This document shows, in pieces, positions 10,082 to 19,281 of a stretch of DNA of 55,448 bases. Origin of the DNA: Candidatus Woesearchaeota archaeon (GTDB taxonomy: Archaea; Nanobdellota; Nanobdellia; Woesearchaeales; WJIZ01); the NCBI GenBank assembly GCA_018303125.1, contig JAGVYS010000004.1, positions 1-55,448 on the forward strand, given 5' to 3'. The translations under genes were made by a program, and so were the position numbers. The first letter of the stretch is position 1. Each line of letters begins with the position of its first letter. Under the pieces are notes generated by a model, which was not told the origin of the DNA, made no database searches, and saw nothing but the letters and a program-made list of their open reading frames with translations.

Positions 10082-10694
10082 TTATTATCACTTTATTCTT
10101 CTCAACTTTTATCTTGCCATCCTGGAAAAACTTGATTGCCTCAATGAATCCCTCTCCCTCAAGCAACTGTATTTTTTGCTTCAGTGTTTCAGGAGTATCA
10201 TCCGGCTCTATTGTACAGCTTTTCTGCAATATTATCGGACCGGTATCCGGGCCTTCATCAACGAAATGTATAGTCATGCCTGACTCCTTTTCTCCTGCAT
10301 CGATAACTGCCTTGTGCACATTCAAGTCCATGCCACCTGCAAATTTCGGGAGAAGAGAGGGGTGCACATTCATTATCTTGTAGCGCCACTTTTCCACAAA
10401 TTCAGTGGAAAGGTATCTCATGTAGCCTATGAGAAGCACAAGCTCAATCCCTTTCCTTTCAAGTATCTTCATCACTTCAATGTCAAATTCCTTCCTTGTT
10501 TTTCCTAGTTGTTGGAGGTAAATGGCTTCTATGCCATACTTCCTTGCTCTTTCAAGAATATACGGATTTTCCTTGTTGGAGATAACGACTTCTATGGAAG
10601 CATCAAGTTCTTCCTGCTCTATAGCATCAATGATATACTGAAGCGTGGAACCCTTTGTAGAACCTAGTACTGCCAGTTTTATAATCAAAACCAC
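10074..10694 (-). CDS. purN: Phosphoribosylglycinamide formyltransferase
   Basis: LAVLGSTKGS, LIGYMRYL, NVHPSLLP, GMTIHFVDEGPDTGPII. Overlaps the purH start; exact start codon uncertain. Confidence 0.95.
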   Translation of the reverse strand: MVLIIKLAVLGSTKGSTLQYIIDAIEQEELDASIEVVISNKENPYILERARKYGIEAIYLQQLGKTRKEFDIEVMKILERKGIELVLLIGYMRYLSTEFVEKWRYKIMNVHPSLLPKFAGGMDLNVHKAVIDAGEKESGMTIHFVDEGPDTGPIILQKSCTIEPDDTPETLKQKIQLLEGEGFIEAIKFFQDGKIKVEKNKVIINE

Positions 10695-10764
10695 CAGTGA
10701 TTTGTGTTACCCGATTTAGTTTATAAAACTTTCTGGGCACTATTCGGTAAAAGCCATTGATTTT

Positions 10765-11814
10765 TTATCTCGCTCTTGTTGTGTAATAGGAAAACTCTAC
10801 AAAAGACTCTTTGTTTGGGCTCTTATAGCCTGGTATTTCCATAGCTATGTTGGTTACCATTATAGAAAGACCAGAGTTGAAAAGATAGTGGCTCCCTTTC
10901 ATTAGTGTCGGGGAAACCTCACCATTGACAATGATCCTTACGGTCCCATCCTCCGCATCTACCTGCTCAGGCCATATTATGTAATTTGCACCCCTAAAAG
11001 TGTAGGTTTTAGTTTCGCCACCGTACTGCACCATCCATTTTCGGCCGACTTCCTTCTCTATGTAATCCATGGGCAGATAAAGCCTGTAAAATCCTTTCCA
11101 TGACTTTACTGACAGGGGATTCACCCACATCGTTGAACTTTTGAAGAAGTCTTCCCAAGCCGTCTTATCATTTTCCTTTATCTTAAAAAAGCATGTACTC
11201 ATGAAGTAGCTTTTCACTTCTTCACCATCATTGTAGATTATATAACGCGCAATATCCTCGCGTGGAACGCCTGAAAGCAAGGCATCAAATGCTGCATTGT
11301 ACTCTTCCTTGGTTGGAGGCCTGCCGCGCAGGATCGAATATACTGACTCGACAAAATCGCCATCATCCAGTTCCATGAACTTTTTCTTTGTTCCTGTGAA
11401 TTTTGTATAGATGCCCTGTTCCTGAAATCCCGAAGAAAGGTAAAGATGGTAAATGAATTCCTGGCGTGATGGCGCAAACTTGGAGCCCAGTCTGCCCAGC
11501 CAATAGGCAAACTCGCCTTTGACATCCTGCATCCCGGTCGGGTCCTTGAAGAGGTAACATCTATATGCTGCTATGATAAAGTTTCCGTTTTCTGATGTAT
11601 CAAATGCAGAGCTATCCTGCCTTATTGCCAGAGTTGGCGGCTGGTTAACCGTTACTATCCTCTGCTGACCGCTACCTTTGGCAGAAATAGATTCATCCAC
11701 GCTCCCGGACATGATGGCACCGTAGGCAGCCCCGACAGTCTTTTCTCCTGCATTGGAGCTACATGCAACCAGTATGACTGAAACAAATGCAAGCAAAAGC
11801 AGGATTTTTTTCAT
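10765..11814 (-). CDS. Putative surface lipoprotein with two DUF4214-like repeats
   Basis: Lipobox-like LVAC after a signal peptide. FIIAAYRCYLFKDP...YWLGRL and FVESVYSILRGRPP...LLSGVPREDI resemble DUF4214; the C-terminus is beta-rich. Confidence 0.6.
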   Translation of the reverse strand: MKKILLLLAFVSVILVACSSNAGEKTVGAAYGAIMSGSVDESISAKGSGQQRIVTVNQPPTLAIRQDSSAFDTSENGNFIIAAYRCYLFKDPTGMQDVKGEFAYWLGRLGSKFAPSRQEFIYHLYLSSGFQEQGIYTKFTGTKKKFMELDDGDFVESVYSILRGRPPTKEEYNAAFDALLSGVPREDIARYIIYNDGEEVKSYFMSTCFFKIKENDKTAWEDFFKSSTMWVNPLSVKSWKGFYRLYLPMDYIEKEVGRKWMVQYGGETKTYTFRGANYIIWPEQVDAEDGTVRIIVNGEVSPTLMKGSHYLFNSGLSIMVTNIAMEIPGYKSPNKESFVEFSYYTTRAR

Positions 11815-11923
11815 TTTTCATATCTTTGGCATTTAAATTTATAAAACTTTCTGGGACGGTGCATTGTAGGGAGATAAATAGGTAACTTTTTAAAGGTCTA
11901 ATACATTTTACTAACTAATCTAG

Positions 11924-12556
11924 ATGAATAAAAAAAATATCCTTTTAATCGTATTCGTTATGTTATTGGCAAGTTCTGTTTTTGTAATAGCCTCAACAGG
12001 AGAGAGTTACATCAATATAGAGAAAGGGTGGAACCTTATCTATGGTTTTGTTCCTGGTTCTTTAGAAGGGCAGGCTCTAGATTTTAGCCACATAAAAGCC
12101 ATTTACGCTTACATTCCTGAAGATGATGAATATTTGCGGATTCATCCAAATCCCGATAATACGAAAATTGATTTGGTAGGTGACAAATACTTAGAAAGTT
12201 CTATAATGTGGGCTTATTCAGATATTTCTCAAAGAACAGAATATTGGTTTGAACAGCCATTACCAATAAGCGAAACAAGTTTATACCCTGGTTGGAATCT
12301 CGTCAGGGTTACACCGGATATGTTTTATGAAAAGGATGGACAAGAGTTTTTTTCTTGGGATTCTGTAAAAGGCAATTGTAATATTGAAAAAGTCTATGCA
12401 TGGAATCCTGAAATCCAGAATTGGATGCTTATATCACCTGCAGAGGAATCTTTTGATTTTAATGATTTTTTTATGATGGGCATGGCTGTCAAGGTTGAAG
12501 AAGGATGTAATCTTGGTAAAAGTGAAATTGGAGCACCTCCAACAATACCGAATTAA
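11924..12556 (+). CDS. Secreted or membrane-anchored hypothetical protein
   Basis: N-terminal hydrophobic helix and two GWNL motifs (EKGWNLI, YPGWNLV). Confidence 0.7.
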   Translation: MNKKNILLIVFVMLLASSVFVIASTGESYINIEKGWNLIYGFVPGSLEGQALDFSHIKAIYAYIPEDDEYLRIHPNPDNTKIDLVGDKYLESSIMWAYSDISQRTEYWFEQPLPISETSLYPGWNLVRVTPDMFYEKDGQEFFSWDSVKGNCNIEKVYAWNPEIQNWMLISPAEESFDFNDFFMMGMAVKVEEGCNLGKSEIGAPPTIPN

Positions 12557-12597
12557 AGAGTGTATATAACAACCGATACAAGAATAGTTTTTATAAA

Positions 12598-13443
12598 TTA
12601 ATCAATCATGTTAGACATATTGTAGCATTCAAGAGTGTTCTCAAGCAACATTACCACTGTCATCGGCCCAACTCCACCCGGAACAGGAGTGATGTATGAA
12701 GCTATTTTTTTCACTTTCTCAAAATCAACATCTCCTTGTATCGTATCTCCTTCCTTGCTTATACCTACATCTATGACAACTGCTCCTTTTTTTACCATGT
12801 TTGCCTTTATGATTCCTGCTTTTCCTGCAGCACTCACTATTATATCAGCCTGCTTGGTCATTTTTTTCAGGTCCTTTGTCATTGAATGGCACATGGTTAC
12901 TGTTGCGTTCCTTTGCTGGAGAAGCAATGCAATAGGCTTCCCTACGATGTTGCTCCTGCCGACAACTACTGCATGCTTCCCTGAAACATCTATTTTGTAC
13001 TCATCAAGGAGCCTTATTATTCCCTTTGGAGTTGCCGGCAGCAAAACATTTTTCCCTGCCATCATGTTGCCCATATTTATAGGAGAAAAGCCATCTGCAT
13101 CCTTATGGGGTAATATTCCATCAAGGACTAAGCTGGCATCTATCTGCTTTGGAAGAGGCAGCTGGACTATGTAGCCGTGCACGTTTCTATCCTGGTTCAG
13201 GTCATCTATGGCATTCATTACATCATCCTGTGTGCTGTCCTCATCAAGTACTATGCGTTTTGCTGTCATGCCTACCCTTTCGCATGCCCTAACCTTGCCT
13301 GAAACATAAATCTCGGATGAAGAATCATTTCCAACAGTTACTATGCCAAGGCCTGGCTTTTTGCGCAGGGCAGAGACTTTTACCTTCAATGCAGAGATAA
13401 TTTTTTCTGCAGTGGCCTTTCCATCCAGAATTACAACTGTCAT
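12598..13443 (-). CDS. folD: Methylenetetrahydrofolate dehydrogenase/cyclohydrolase
   Basis: VHGYIVQLPLP, KDADGF, PATPKGI, VGRSNIVGKP, ITPVPGGVGPMTV. Confidence 0.97.
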   Translation of the reverse strand: MTVVILDGKATAEKIISALKVKVSALRKKPGLGIVTVGNDSSSEIYVSGKVRACERVGMTAKRIVLDEDSTQDDVMNAIDDLNQDRNVHGYIVQLPLPKQIDASLVLDGILPHKDADGFSPINMGNMMAGKNVLLPATPKGIIRLLDEYKIDVSGKHAVVVGRSNIVGKPIALLLQQRNATVTMCHSMTKDLKKMTKQADIIVSAAGKAGIIKANMVKKGAVVIDVGISKEGDTIQGDVDFEKVKKIASYITPVPGGVGPMTVVMLLENTLECYNMSNMID

Positions 13444-13485
13444 ATATGATAATACTCAGCCAGATTAATATATAAATCTTGTTGC

Positions 13486-14784
13486 TCACCAGAGCATATT
13501 GCCTAATGGGATAGTTTCTTCTCTTCCTGCACCAACTGAAATTATGCCTATTGGCACTCCGATTACCTGCTGGAGCCTACCAAGGTAATTCTTTGCTGCC
13601 GCAGGAAGGTCATCTGCTTTTCTTGCCTTGCTTATGTCCTCTTTCCATCCGGACATTTCCTCATACACTGGCACGGCCTTTGAAAGTTCTTCAGCCCCGA
13701 GTAGGAAATTGCCTGTTTGCTTCCCGTTAATTAGGTATGCTACGCATATTTTTATCTTGTCCAAATTTCTCAGCACATCAAGCTTGGTTATTGCCGCACA
13801 TGTCATGCCATTTACTCTTGCAGCATACCTTGCTGCCACGCCATCAAACCATCCTGTCCTTCTCGGCCTTGACGTTGTTGTGCCGTATTCATAACCCTGC
13901 ATTCTTAGAAGCCTGCCTTGAGTATATGCATCTCCTTCATTTGCTTTTATTACTGTTTTTCTGAGAAGCCTCTCAAATCCCTCTGCGCTAAGCTCCTTCC
14001 TCAGCATATCAACAGAATCCTCTTCCTTTGTCATGCTTTCATTCCCGAGCTCTGTTGGAAACGGCCCCCCTCCTACCCTGGTGGAATATGCCTTGAATAC
14101 TCCGCATACTTCCCTTATCTTAGTAGGACCTACACCAGAGCCTATAAGCGCCCCGCCTGCAATTGAATTGGAAGAAGTGACAAAAGGGTATGTGCCGTGG
14201 TCAACATCAAGAAGCGTTCCTTGTGCACCCTCGAAAAGCACATGCTTACCGGCATCTATTGCGTCATTTATTATTGAATAAGTGTCCTTCACAAATGGCC
14301 TCAGGCTTACTGCTGTGCCTGATTTACCCTTTACAAAATCCCCGATTCTTGTTCCTGTCCTTACTACCTTGTCGCAATAGCACGGCCCTATTCCCCTTCC
14401 TGTTGTGCCTATCATTTTTGAGCTTGCGCTGGATGAATCATCCATGATATGCCTCTCGGATATTACGTGCGCGGCAGAGGATAATATAAGGTTTTTCTCG
14501 TTAACGGTTAATCCCATTTTTTCCAGATTTTCCATCTCGTCTACCAGAACATCTGGATTTACCACAGTGCCATTGCCTATTATGTTTACCTTGTTTTTCC
14601 TTATTATGCCTGAAGGAATTATGTGTAATTTGAAAGTTTCCCCTCCAGATACGACAGTATGCCCTGCATTATTGCCGCCTGAATACCTTACTATCATGTC
14701 AGCCTTTTCAGCCAGAAAATCAACAATTTTACCCTTGCCCTCATCGCCGAACTGCCCGCCTACAATTATTAACGTGTTTGCCAT
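13486..14784 (-). CDS. purA: Adenylosuccinate synthetase
   Basis: QFGDEGKGK, GGNNAGHT, IGTTGRGIGP, EGAQG, GTYPFVTSS, EYGTTTSRPRRTGWFD. Confidence 0.97.
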   Translation of the reverse strand: MANTLIIVGGQFGDEGKGKIVDFLAEKADMIVRYSGGNNAGHTVVSGGETFKLHIIPSGIIRKNKVNIIGNGTVVNPDVLVDEMENLEKMGLTVNEKNLILSSAAHVISERHIMDDSSSASSKMIGTTGRGIGPCYCDKVVRTGTRIGDFVKGKSGTAVSLRPFVKDTYSIINDAIDAGKHVLFEGAQGTLLDVDHGTYPFVTSSNSIAGGALIGSGVGPTKIREVCGVFKAYSTRVGGGPFPTELGNESMTKEEDSVDMLRKELSAEGFERLLRKTVIKANEGDAYTQGRLLRMQGYEYGTTTSRPRRTGWFDGVAARYAARVNGMTCAAITKLDVLRNLDKIKICVAYLINGKQTGNFLLGAEELSKAVPVYEEMSGWKEDISKARKADDLPAAAKNYLGRLQQVIGVPIGIISVGAGREETIPLGNMLW

Positions 14785-14876
14785 AAAAAAAAGGAGAATG
14801 CCATTTATTTAAAGGTTATGCTCTTGGCATGCACATTGCCGATAGCTTTTTAAATGCAATAATTACACCTTTGAAA

Positions 14877-15263
14877 ATGGCAATATCACAGAAAAGATCC
14901 CGCAGGAAGTCAACAGGCGGCAAGTACCGCAAAAGCCATGCAAAGAAAAAATTTAATGAGCTTGGCTCTGACCCAACACTTACAAGGCTTGCTGCAATAA
15001 GAAGAAAGGCAGAAAGGATTTCAGGCGGGCATATAAAACATAGATTATTGTCAACAGATTCTGCAAACATCTACGATCCAAAGTCAGGAAAGCATAAGAT
15101 GGCCAAGATTAAATCAGTCATCGAAAACCCTGCAAACAGCAACTACATCAGAAGAAATTTCCTCACCAAAGGGGCAATAATCGTTACAGATATTGGAAAG
15201 GCAAGGATAACATCAAGGCCAGGCCAGGAAGGGACAGTCAACGCAATTCTTCTAGTGGAATGA
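14877..15263 (+). CDS. rps8e: 30S ribosomal protein eS8 (S8e)
   Basis: MAISQKRSRRKSTGGKY, ELGSDP, NPANSNYIRRNFLTKGAII, ITSRPGQEG. ATG at 14877 preferred to the track start at 14829. Confidence 0.95.
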   Translation: MAISQKRSRRKSTGGKYRKSHAKKKFNELGSDPTLTRLAAIRRKAERISGGHIKHRLLSTDSANIYDPKSGKHKMAKIKSVIENPANSNYIRRNFLTKGAIIVTDIGKARITSRPGQEGTVNAILLVE

Positions 15264-15316
15264 TTTTCTGACATAACAAGGAATGCCTTATATATGTAAT
15301 TGTACCTTCCTCCAGT

Positions 15317-15763
15317 ATGCCAATTACAGCATCAAATAAGGAATACCATTATTGCAATGCGGGTTTAATAGATTCTATAAAAAACCAGCCCACAATAGAT
15401 AGTTCTGGGCTTTCCGGCTTGCTTGATAAATTGGGTGTGAAAGCACAAATGCCTGTATCAAACTATAATTCAGTAACTTTGATAGGCAGAGATATGGGTG
15501 AGTTTGTATTTTTACAGAATGGTAGTGGTTTTTCCTTATTATATTCCAACCCCGATAGAATCCCGATGGACGGGCCATATAATAGAGTATGTGACTTATT
15601 TGAAGGCAATAGGTGCAACCCTTCACTACTTGTTGCAGATATGGCATGGACCGATATCATTGATTATGCGTATGAAATCGCAAATAAGAGGGCTGCAGAT
15701 AAAGCCGAAGTATTTTATAGATTTTCGCAAAGCCAAGAAAGTCACTTCGTGACTAATTCCTAG
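15317..15763 (+). CDS. Hypothetical protein
   Basis: 148-aa ORF with no recognised motif; its 3' end overlaps the stop of the convergent IS91-like transposase. Confidence 0.5.
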   Translation: MPITASNKEYHYCNAGLIDSIKNQPTIDSSGLSGLLDKLGVKAQMPVSNYNSVTLIGRDMGEFVFLQNGSGFSLLYSNPDRIPMDGPYNRVCDLFEGNRCNPSLLVADMAWTDIIDYAYEIANKRAADKAEVFYRFSQSQESHFVTNS

Positions 15764-16943
15764 AACTACTACTAATCCAAGCAGACAATTCTCTTTGCTT
15801 CTTTGGTATTTCTGGAGGAGGTTTCCTGCAATACCATACAAATTCAAGTTCATTGTGACAAAAAGGACAGTATTTTATTCTTTTAATTCCAAAATGATAC
15901 AAAGTCAGTTGAGTTATACCTGAACGAGATTTAGCACCATACTTACTTTTGTTTGCTCTGGCATAAGCTCCATAATATCTTATCATTTTGAAATGTGGGG
16001 GAGGAATATGTTGGATTAATGAAGAGATAAACTGCTCAACAGACATAGTCACATTCACTTTTCTATCTTCGTGGTCTGTATAGTAAAATATGACAACCCT
16101 GCCATTGAAATAGCAGATTCTGTTATTAGCAATAGCAGGATGTCTTACATACCTACCAACATATTTTGCGATGACTTTTGGGTGCTTGATAGTCCCTCTC
16201 TTATGCAGCCATACATAGAATCCGTTAGGATACTTAATGTACATTTGAGTTGCAAGATTATTTGGCAATCCGCAAGATTGGAGTTTCTGAAGAATGTGAT
16301 ACTGCCAAGACTTGCGAAAGCCGTCTGCAGGGATGAACTCAGCTTTAATGAAATTGCGCCTATTATCAAAACCTCCTTCAGTCACGAGCAAATGTAGATG
16401 GGGCTGGAACCTCATATCTTTTCCGAATGGATGTAAGATAACGATAACACCAACTTTGATGTTACAATGAAGGAGCTTTGAGAAATAATCGTTGAAGCAC
16501 TTGATTGCAACATCCATATATGCCTTGAGATTATTCCAATCTCGAAGAAAAGGCCAGAGGGCAGAAGGAACACTCATGACAAAATGACGATGAGAAACTG
16601 GAAACATGGCTTGGCTAAGGCTATAAGACCATTGGTCTGTGTATCTCTTGCCACAGCAAGAGCATATCCTGCTATTACATCCTTTTGACTGGAATATCCA
16701 TTCATTGCAGTGCTTACAATAGAAGACGAAGCAGCCATGACTACTGCCATAGCAATTGATTGCTTTTTCGACTTCTTTGATTTGGTAGTCGGTTGGCACA
16801 TTGGTGTTTAGGTAGGATTTCCAGCACTCTGAGAGAATTTGCTTTACAGAAATCAAAGGATTTTTATCAGACGTTAAATTTAAACACCCTGTTGTTTTTT
16901 TGGACAATAAACAACAGGCTTGCTAGTATAAAAACTAGCAGGC
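15738..16943 (-). mobile_element. IS91-like element, boundaries approximate
   Basis: Transposase plus two adjacent hairpins at the 5' end (CCTGTTGTTT 16888-16897 / AAACAACAGG 16909-16918; TGCTAGT 16921-16927 / ACTAGCA 16934-16940). A GTCAC-TTC-GTGAC hairpin (15741-15753) lies next to CAAG (15734-15737) at the 3' end. Confidence 0.5.
15753..16907 (-). CDS. IS91-family rolling-circle (Y2 HUH) transposase
   Basis: N-terminal Zn-binding region CKHC...CNSRICSCCG, HUH region HPFG...PHLHLLV, catalytic YVGRY (YxxxY), HFKMIRYYG and C-terminal CPFC. No ATG near the start; TTG start assumed. Confidence 0.9.
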   Translation of the reverse strand: MSKKTTGCLNLTSDKNPLISVKQILSECWKSYLNTNVPTDYQIKEVEKAINCYGSSHGCFVFYCKHCNEWIFQSKGCNSRICSCCGKRYTDQWSYSLSQAMFPVSHRHFVMSVPSALWPFLRDWNNLKAYMDVAIKCFNDYFSKLLHCNIKVGVIVILHPFGKDMRFQPHLHLLVTEGGFDNRRNFIKAEFIPADGFRKSWQYHILQKLQSCGLPNNLATQMYIKYPNGFYVWLHKRGTIKHPKVIAKYVGRYVRHPAIANNRICYFNGRVVIFYYTDHEDRKVNVTMSVEQFISSLIQHIPPPHFKMIRYYGAYARANKSKYGAKSRSGITQLTLYHFGIKRIKYCPFCHNELEFVWYCRKPPPEIPKKQRELSAWISSSSRN

Positions 16944-16995
16944 TTTATACTTTATATACCATAAAAAAGTATAATAATTTTAGTACACTGCCAAA

Positions 16996-17685
16996 ATGAA
17001 AAGCCTGAAAAGAGTATACAATATTCTCCTTAAAGAATATGGCCCACGGGGATGGTGGCCGATAATAAGCGATAAAACTCTTTCTTGCGAATATTATGTC
17101 AATGCGCCGAGAAACAGCGAGGATTCTTTCGAAATAATATGCGGAGCGATACTTACCCAGAACACAAACTGGTATCATGGAGTAATCAGGGCGCTGCAGC
17201 AGCTCAAGCTAGGCAGGCAGCTATCAGAAAAAGAAATTGAATTGCTCAAGCTTGGAACTGCAAATCTGAAAAGCAACAACAAAATTCTTCCTGAATATAT
17301 ACTCGGAATGGAAAAAGACAGGCTGAAGGAGCTTATAAGGCCTGCCGGATACTTCAATCAGAAAGCTACCTACCTTAAAGAAATAGCAAAGTTCTATGAG
17401 AAAAAGAAAACAGTGCCAAAAAGGGAAGAGCTGCTGGAAGTGAAAGGAGTTGGAAACGAGACAGCCGACTCCATTTTGCTTTATGCCCATGGCATGCCTG
17501 AATTTGTGGTTGATGTTTACACTAGGCGCATTTTCTCATCGCTTGGCATTATAAGAAAAGATGCCAAATATAATGAAATCAAGGCATATTTTGAGAGCAG
17601 GCTGGAAAAAAGTGCGCAGCTCCTCAATGAGTACCATGCCCTTATTGTAGCACATGGAAAGGCACAAGGCCAAAAAATTTATTAA
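16996..17685 (+). CDS. HhH-GPD DNA glycosylase (endonuclease III-related, no Fe-S cluster)
   Basis: FEIICGAILTQNTNW, LIRPAGYFNQKA, HhH LLEVKGVGNETADSILLY, FVVD, YHALIV. No C-terminal Cys cluster. Confidence 0.85.
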   Translation: MKSLKRVYNILLKEYGPRGWWPIISDKTLSCEYYVNAPRNSEDSFEIICGAILTQNTNWYHGVIRALQQLKLGRQLSEKEIELLKLGTANLKSNNKILPEYILGMEKDRLKELIRPAGYFNQKATYLKEIAKFYEKKKTVPKREELLEVKGVGNETADSILLYAHGMPEFVVDVYTRRIFSSLGIIRKDAKYNEIKAYFESRLEKSAQLLNEYHALIVAHGKAQGQKIY

Positions 17686-17697
17686 AGAGCAGGGCTC

Positions 17698-18396
17698 ATG
17701 AATATTATGGAGTTGTTCCTCGTCTTGATTATTATTTTGGTCATATTGATTGCCATAGTAGGTTTATCCATAATCAGGAAGCTGATAAAGATAATCCTGA
17801 TATGTATGCTTGTGTTTATAGTATTCGTTGTAATAGCTGGCTTGTCAATTGTCAATGATTTGGGAAGCCTTGGCGAAAGGCTGGGTTCAGGCAACGAAAT
17901 TGTGCTTCTTAGCTACGGTGAAAATATAGTGGCCGGATTTGAAAAAGGAAAGGCGCTGGATGAGAAAAAGCTAGGAGAAAACCCATCTTTTTACGGAAAA
18001 AACAAGACAATATTCATAGTAAAGGCAGCGCTTTTAAGCAAAATTAATTCTACAGTAAATGGAAAAGAAGTAACTGGCCCTGAACTTTACAGTTTTTTCA
18101 GCGAGAACAAAGAAATAAAGCAAGTCACAATAGAGGATTTACATGCTGAAGGCATAAGCGAGCGCTCAATGCGCGATGCCCTTTTCATCTATATTTATGG
18201 TAGGCACATAAATGCCACAGAAAATCCTGTTTTCTTCTTCATAGAGTACAGGAAAGGTAACATAAAGGTCATTCCTCAGACAGCATTTTTCAGGTTTGCC
18301 AAAATAGCACCGCTATCATTTCTAGAGGAAAAGATTAATAAACTCAAGGAAGGGATAAAAGATAAAAACGAGGTGCAGGATGGGATTTCTGGATAA
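17698..18396 (+). CDS. Hypothetical membrane protein
   Basis: Two N-terminal TM helices followed by a soluble domain; tightly packed with its neighbours. Confidence 0.7.
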   Translation: MNIMELFLVLIIILVILIAIVGLSIIRKLIKIILICMLVFIVFVVIAGLSIVNDLGSLGERLGSGNEIVLLSYGENIVAGFEKGKALDEKKLGENPSFYGKNKTIFIVKAALLSKINSTVNGKEVTGPELYSFFSENKEIKQVTIEDLHAEGISERSMRDALFIYIYGRHINATENPVFFFIEYRKGNIKVIPQTAFFRFAKIAPLSFLEEKINKLKEGIKDKNEVQDGISG

Positions 18397-18802
18397 GCTA
18401 ATGTTCTGGAAGAAAGATGATTTTCCTGATTTGAATCCTCCAGGTATGGGAATGGATGATAGGCTGGATTTTGGAGATGCTGGCCGTGACCATTTTCCAA
18501 GCAGCCAGGGATTTCCTGATGTTGGCAATTATAGAGGCTCTGGCGATTTCCAGTCAAGGCAGGAGATGGGGCAGAGCCTGAGAAACCAATACCCTGATTT
18601 CGGTTCTAACCAAGGTTATCAGGTCCAAAAACCATTCCAGTACCACGAGGTAAATGAGCAGCCCCAGAACAACCATGAGATGCAGATAGTGTCTGCCAAG
18701 CTTGATGCAATAAAGGCCACTTTGGATGCTCTAAACCAGAGGATAGCGAACCTTGAAGCCTCGTCATATACCGATAGGGAAAGAAGAAGAAACCAGTGGT
18801 AA
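18380..18802 (+). CDS. Hypothetical protein (disordered middle, C-terminal coiled coil)
   Basis: GAGGTG SD upstream; MGFLDKLMFWKK start; heptad-like AKLDAIKATLDALNQRIANLE. Confidence 0.7.
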   Translation: MGFLDKLMFWKKDDFPDLNPPGMGMDDRLDFGDAGRDHFPSSQGFPDVGNYRGSGDFQSRQEMGQSLRNQYPDFGSNQGYQVQKPFQYHEVNEQPQNNHEMQIVSAKLDAIKATLDALNQRIANLEASSYTDRERRRNQW

Positions 18803-18839
18803 ACCATAAATTTATTAATATTATTCGCGTATTTTCCTT

Positions 18840-19280
18840 ATGAGCCTGAGAAAGCATTCTATATGGATAGTTTCTGCAACTGTTTTTTTTTTGAGCGTAA
18901 TTCTCAGGTATACATTTATCGGATTCCTGCAGCCGGGCCAATCTGTGCCTGTAATAAATGGGATTATTCATTTTACCCTTGTCTTCAATAATGGCGCAGG
19001 CTTTGGCCTCCTGAAGGGCTATAGAATCCTGCTTATTTTTTTCTCAGTGGCAGCACTAGCTGCAATAGCTTACTACTGGAAAAAAATACCCGATAGTTAT
19101 AATACAATGATTCCTATAGGGTTAATAACAGGCGGCATATTAGGCAACTTGCTTGAGAGAATCTCTCTCGGACATGTTGTAGACTACATTGATTTCAGGT
19201 TTTGGCCAGTATTCAACATTGCGGATTCCGCTATAAGCATTGGCGTAATATGGCTAATAATTTACCTCTGGGGCAAATAG
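18840..19280 (+). CDS. lspA: Lipoprotein signal peptidase (signal peptidase II, peptidase A8)
   Basis: NNGAGFG, GGILGNLLER, GHVVDYID and PVFNIADS keep both catalytic Asp; 4 TM segments. Confidence 0.9.
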   Translation: MSLRKHSIWIVSATVFFLSVILRYTFIGFLQPGQSVPVINGIIHFTLVFNNGAGFGLLKGYRILLIFFSVAALAAIAYYWKKIPDSYNTMIPIGLITGGILGNLLERISLGHVVDYIDFRFWPVFNIADSAISIGVIWLIIYLWGK

Positions 19281-19281
19281 G

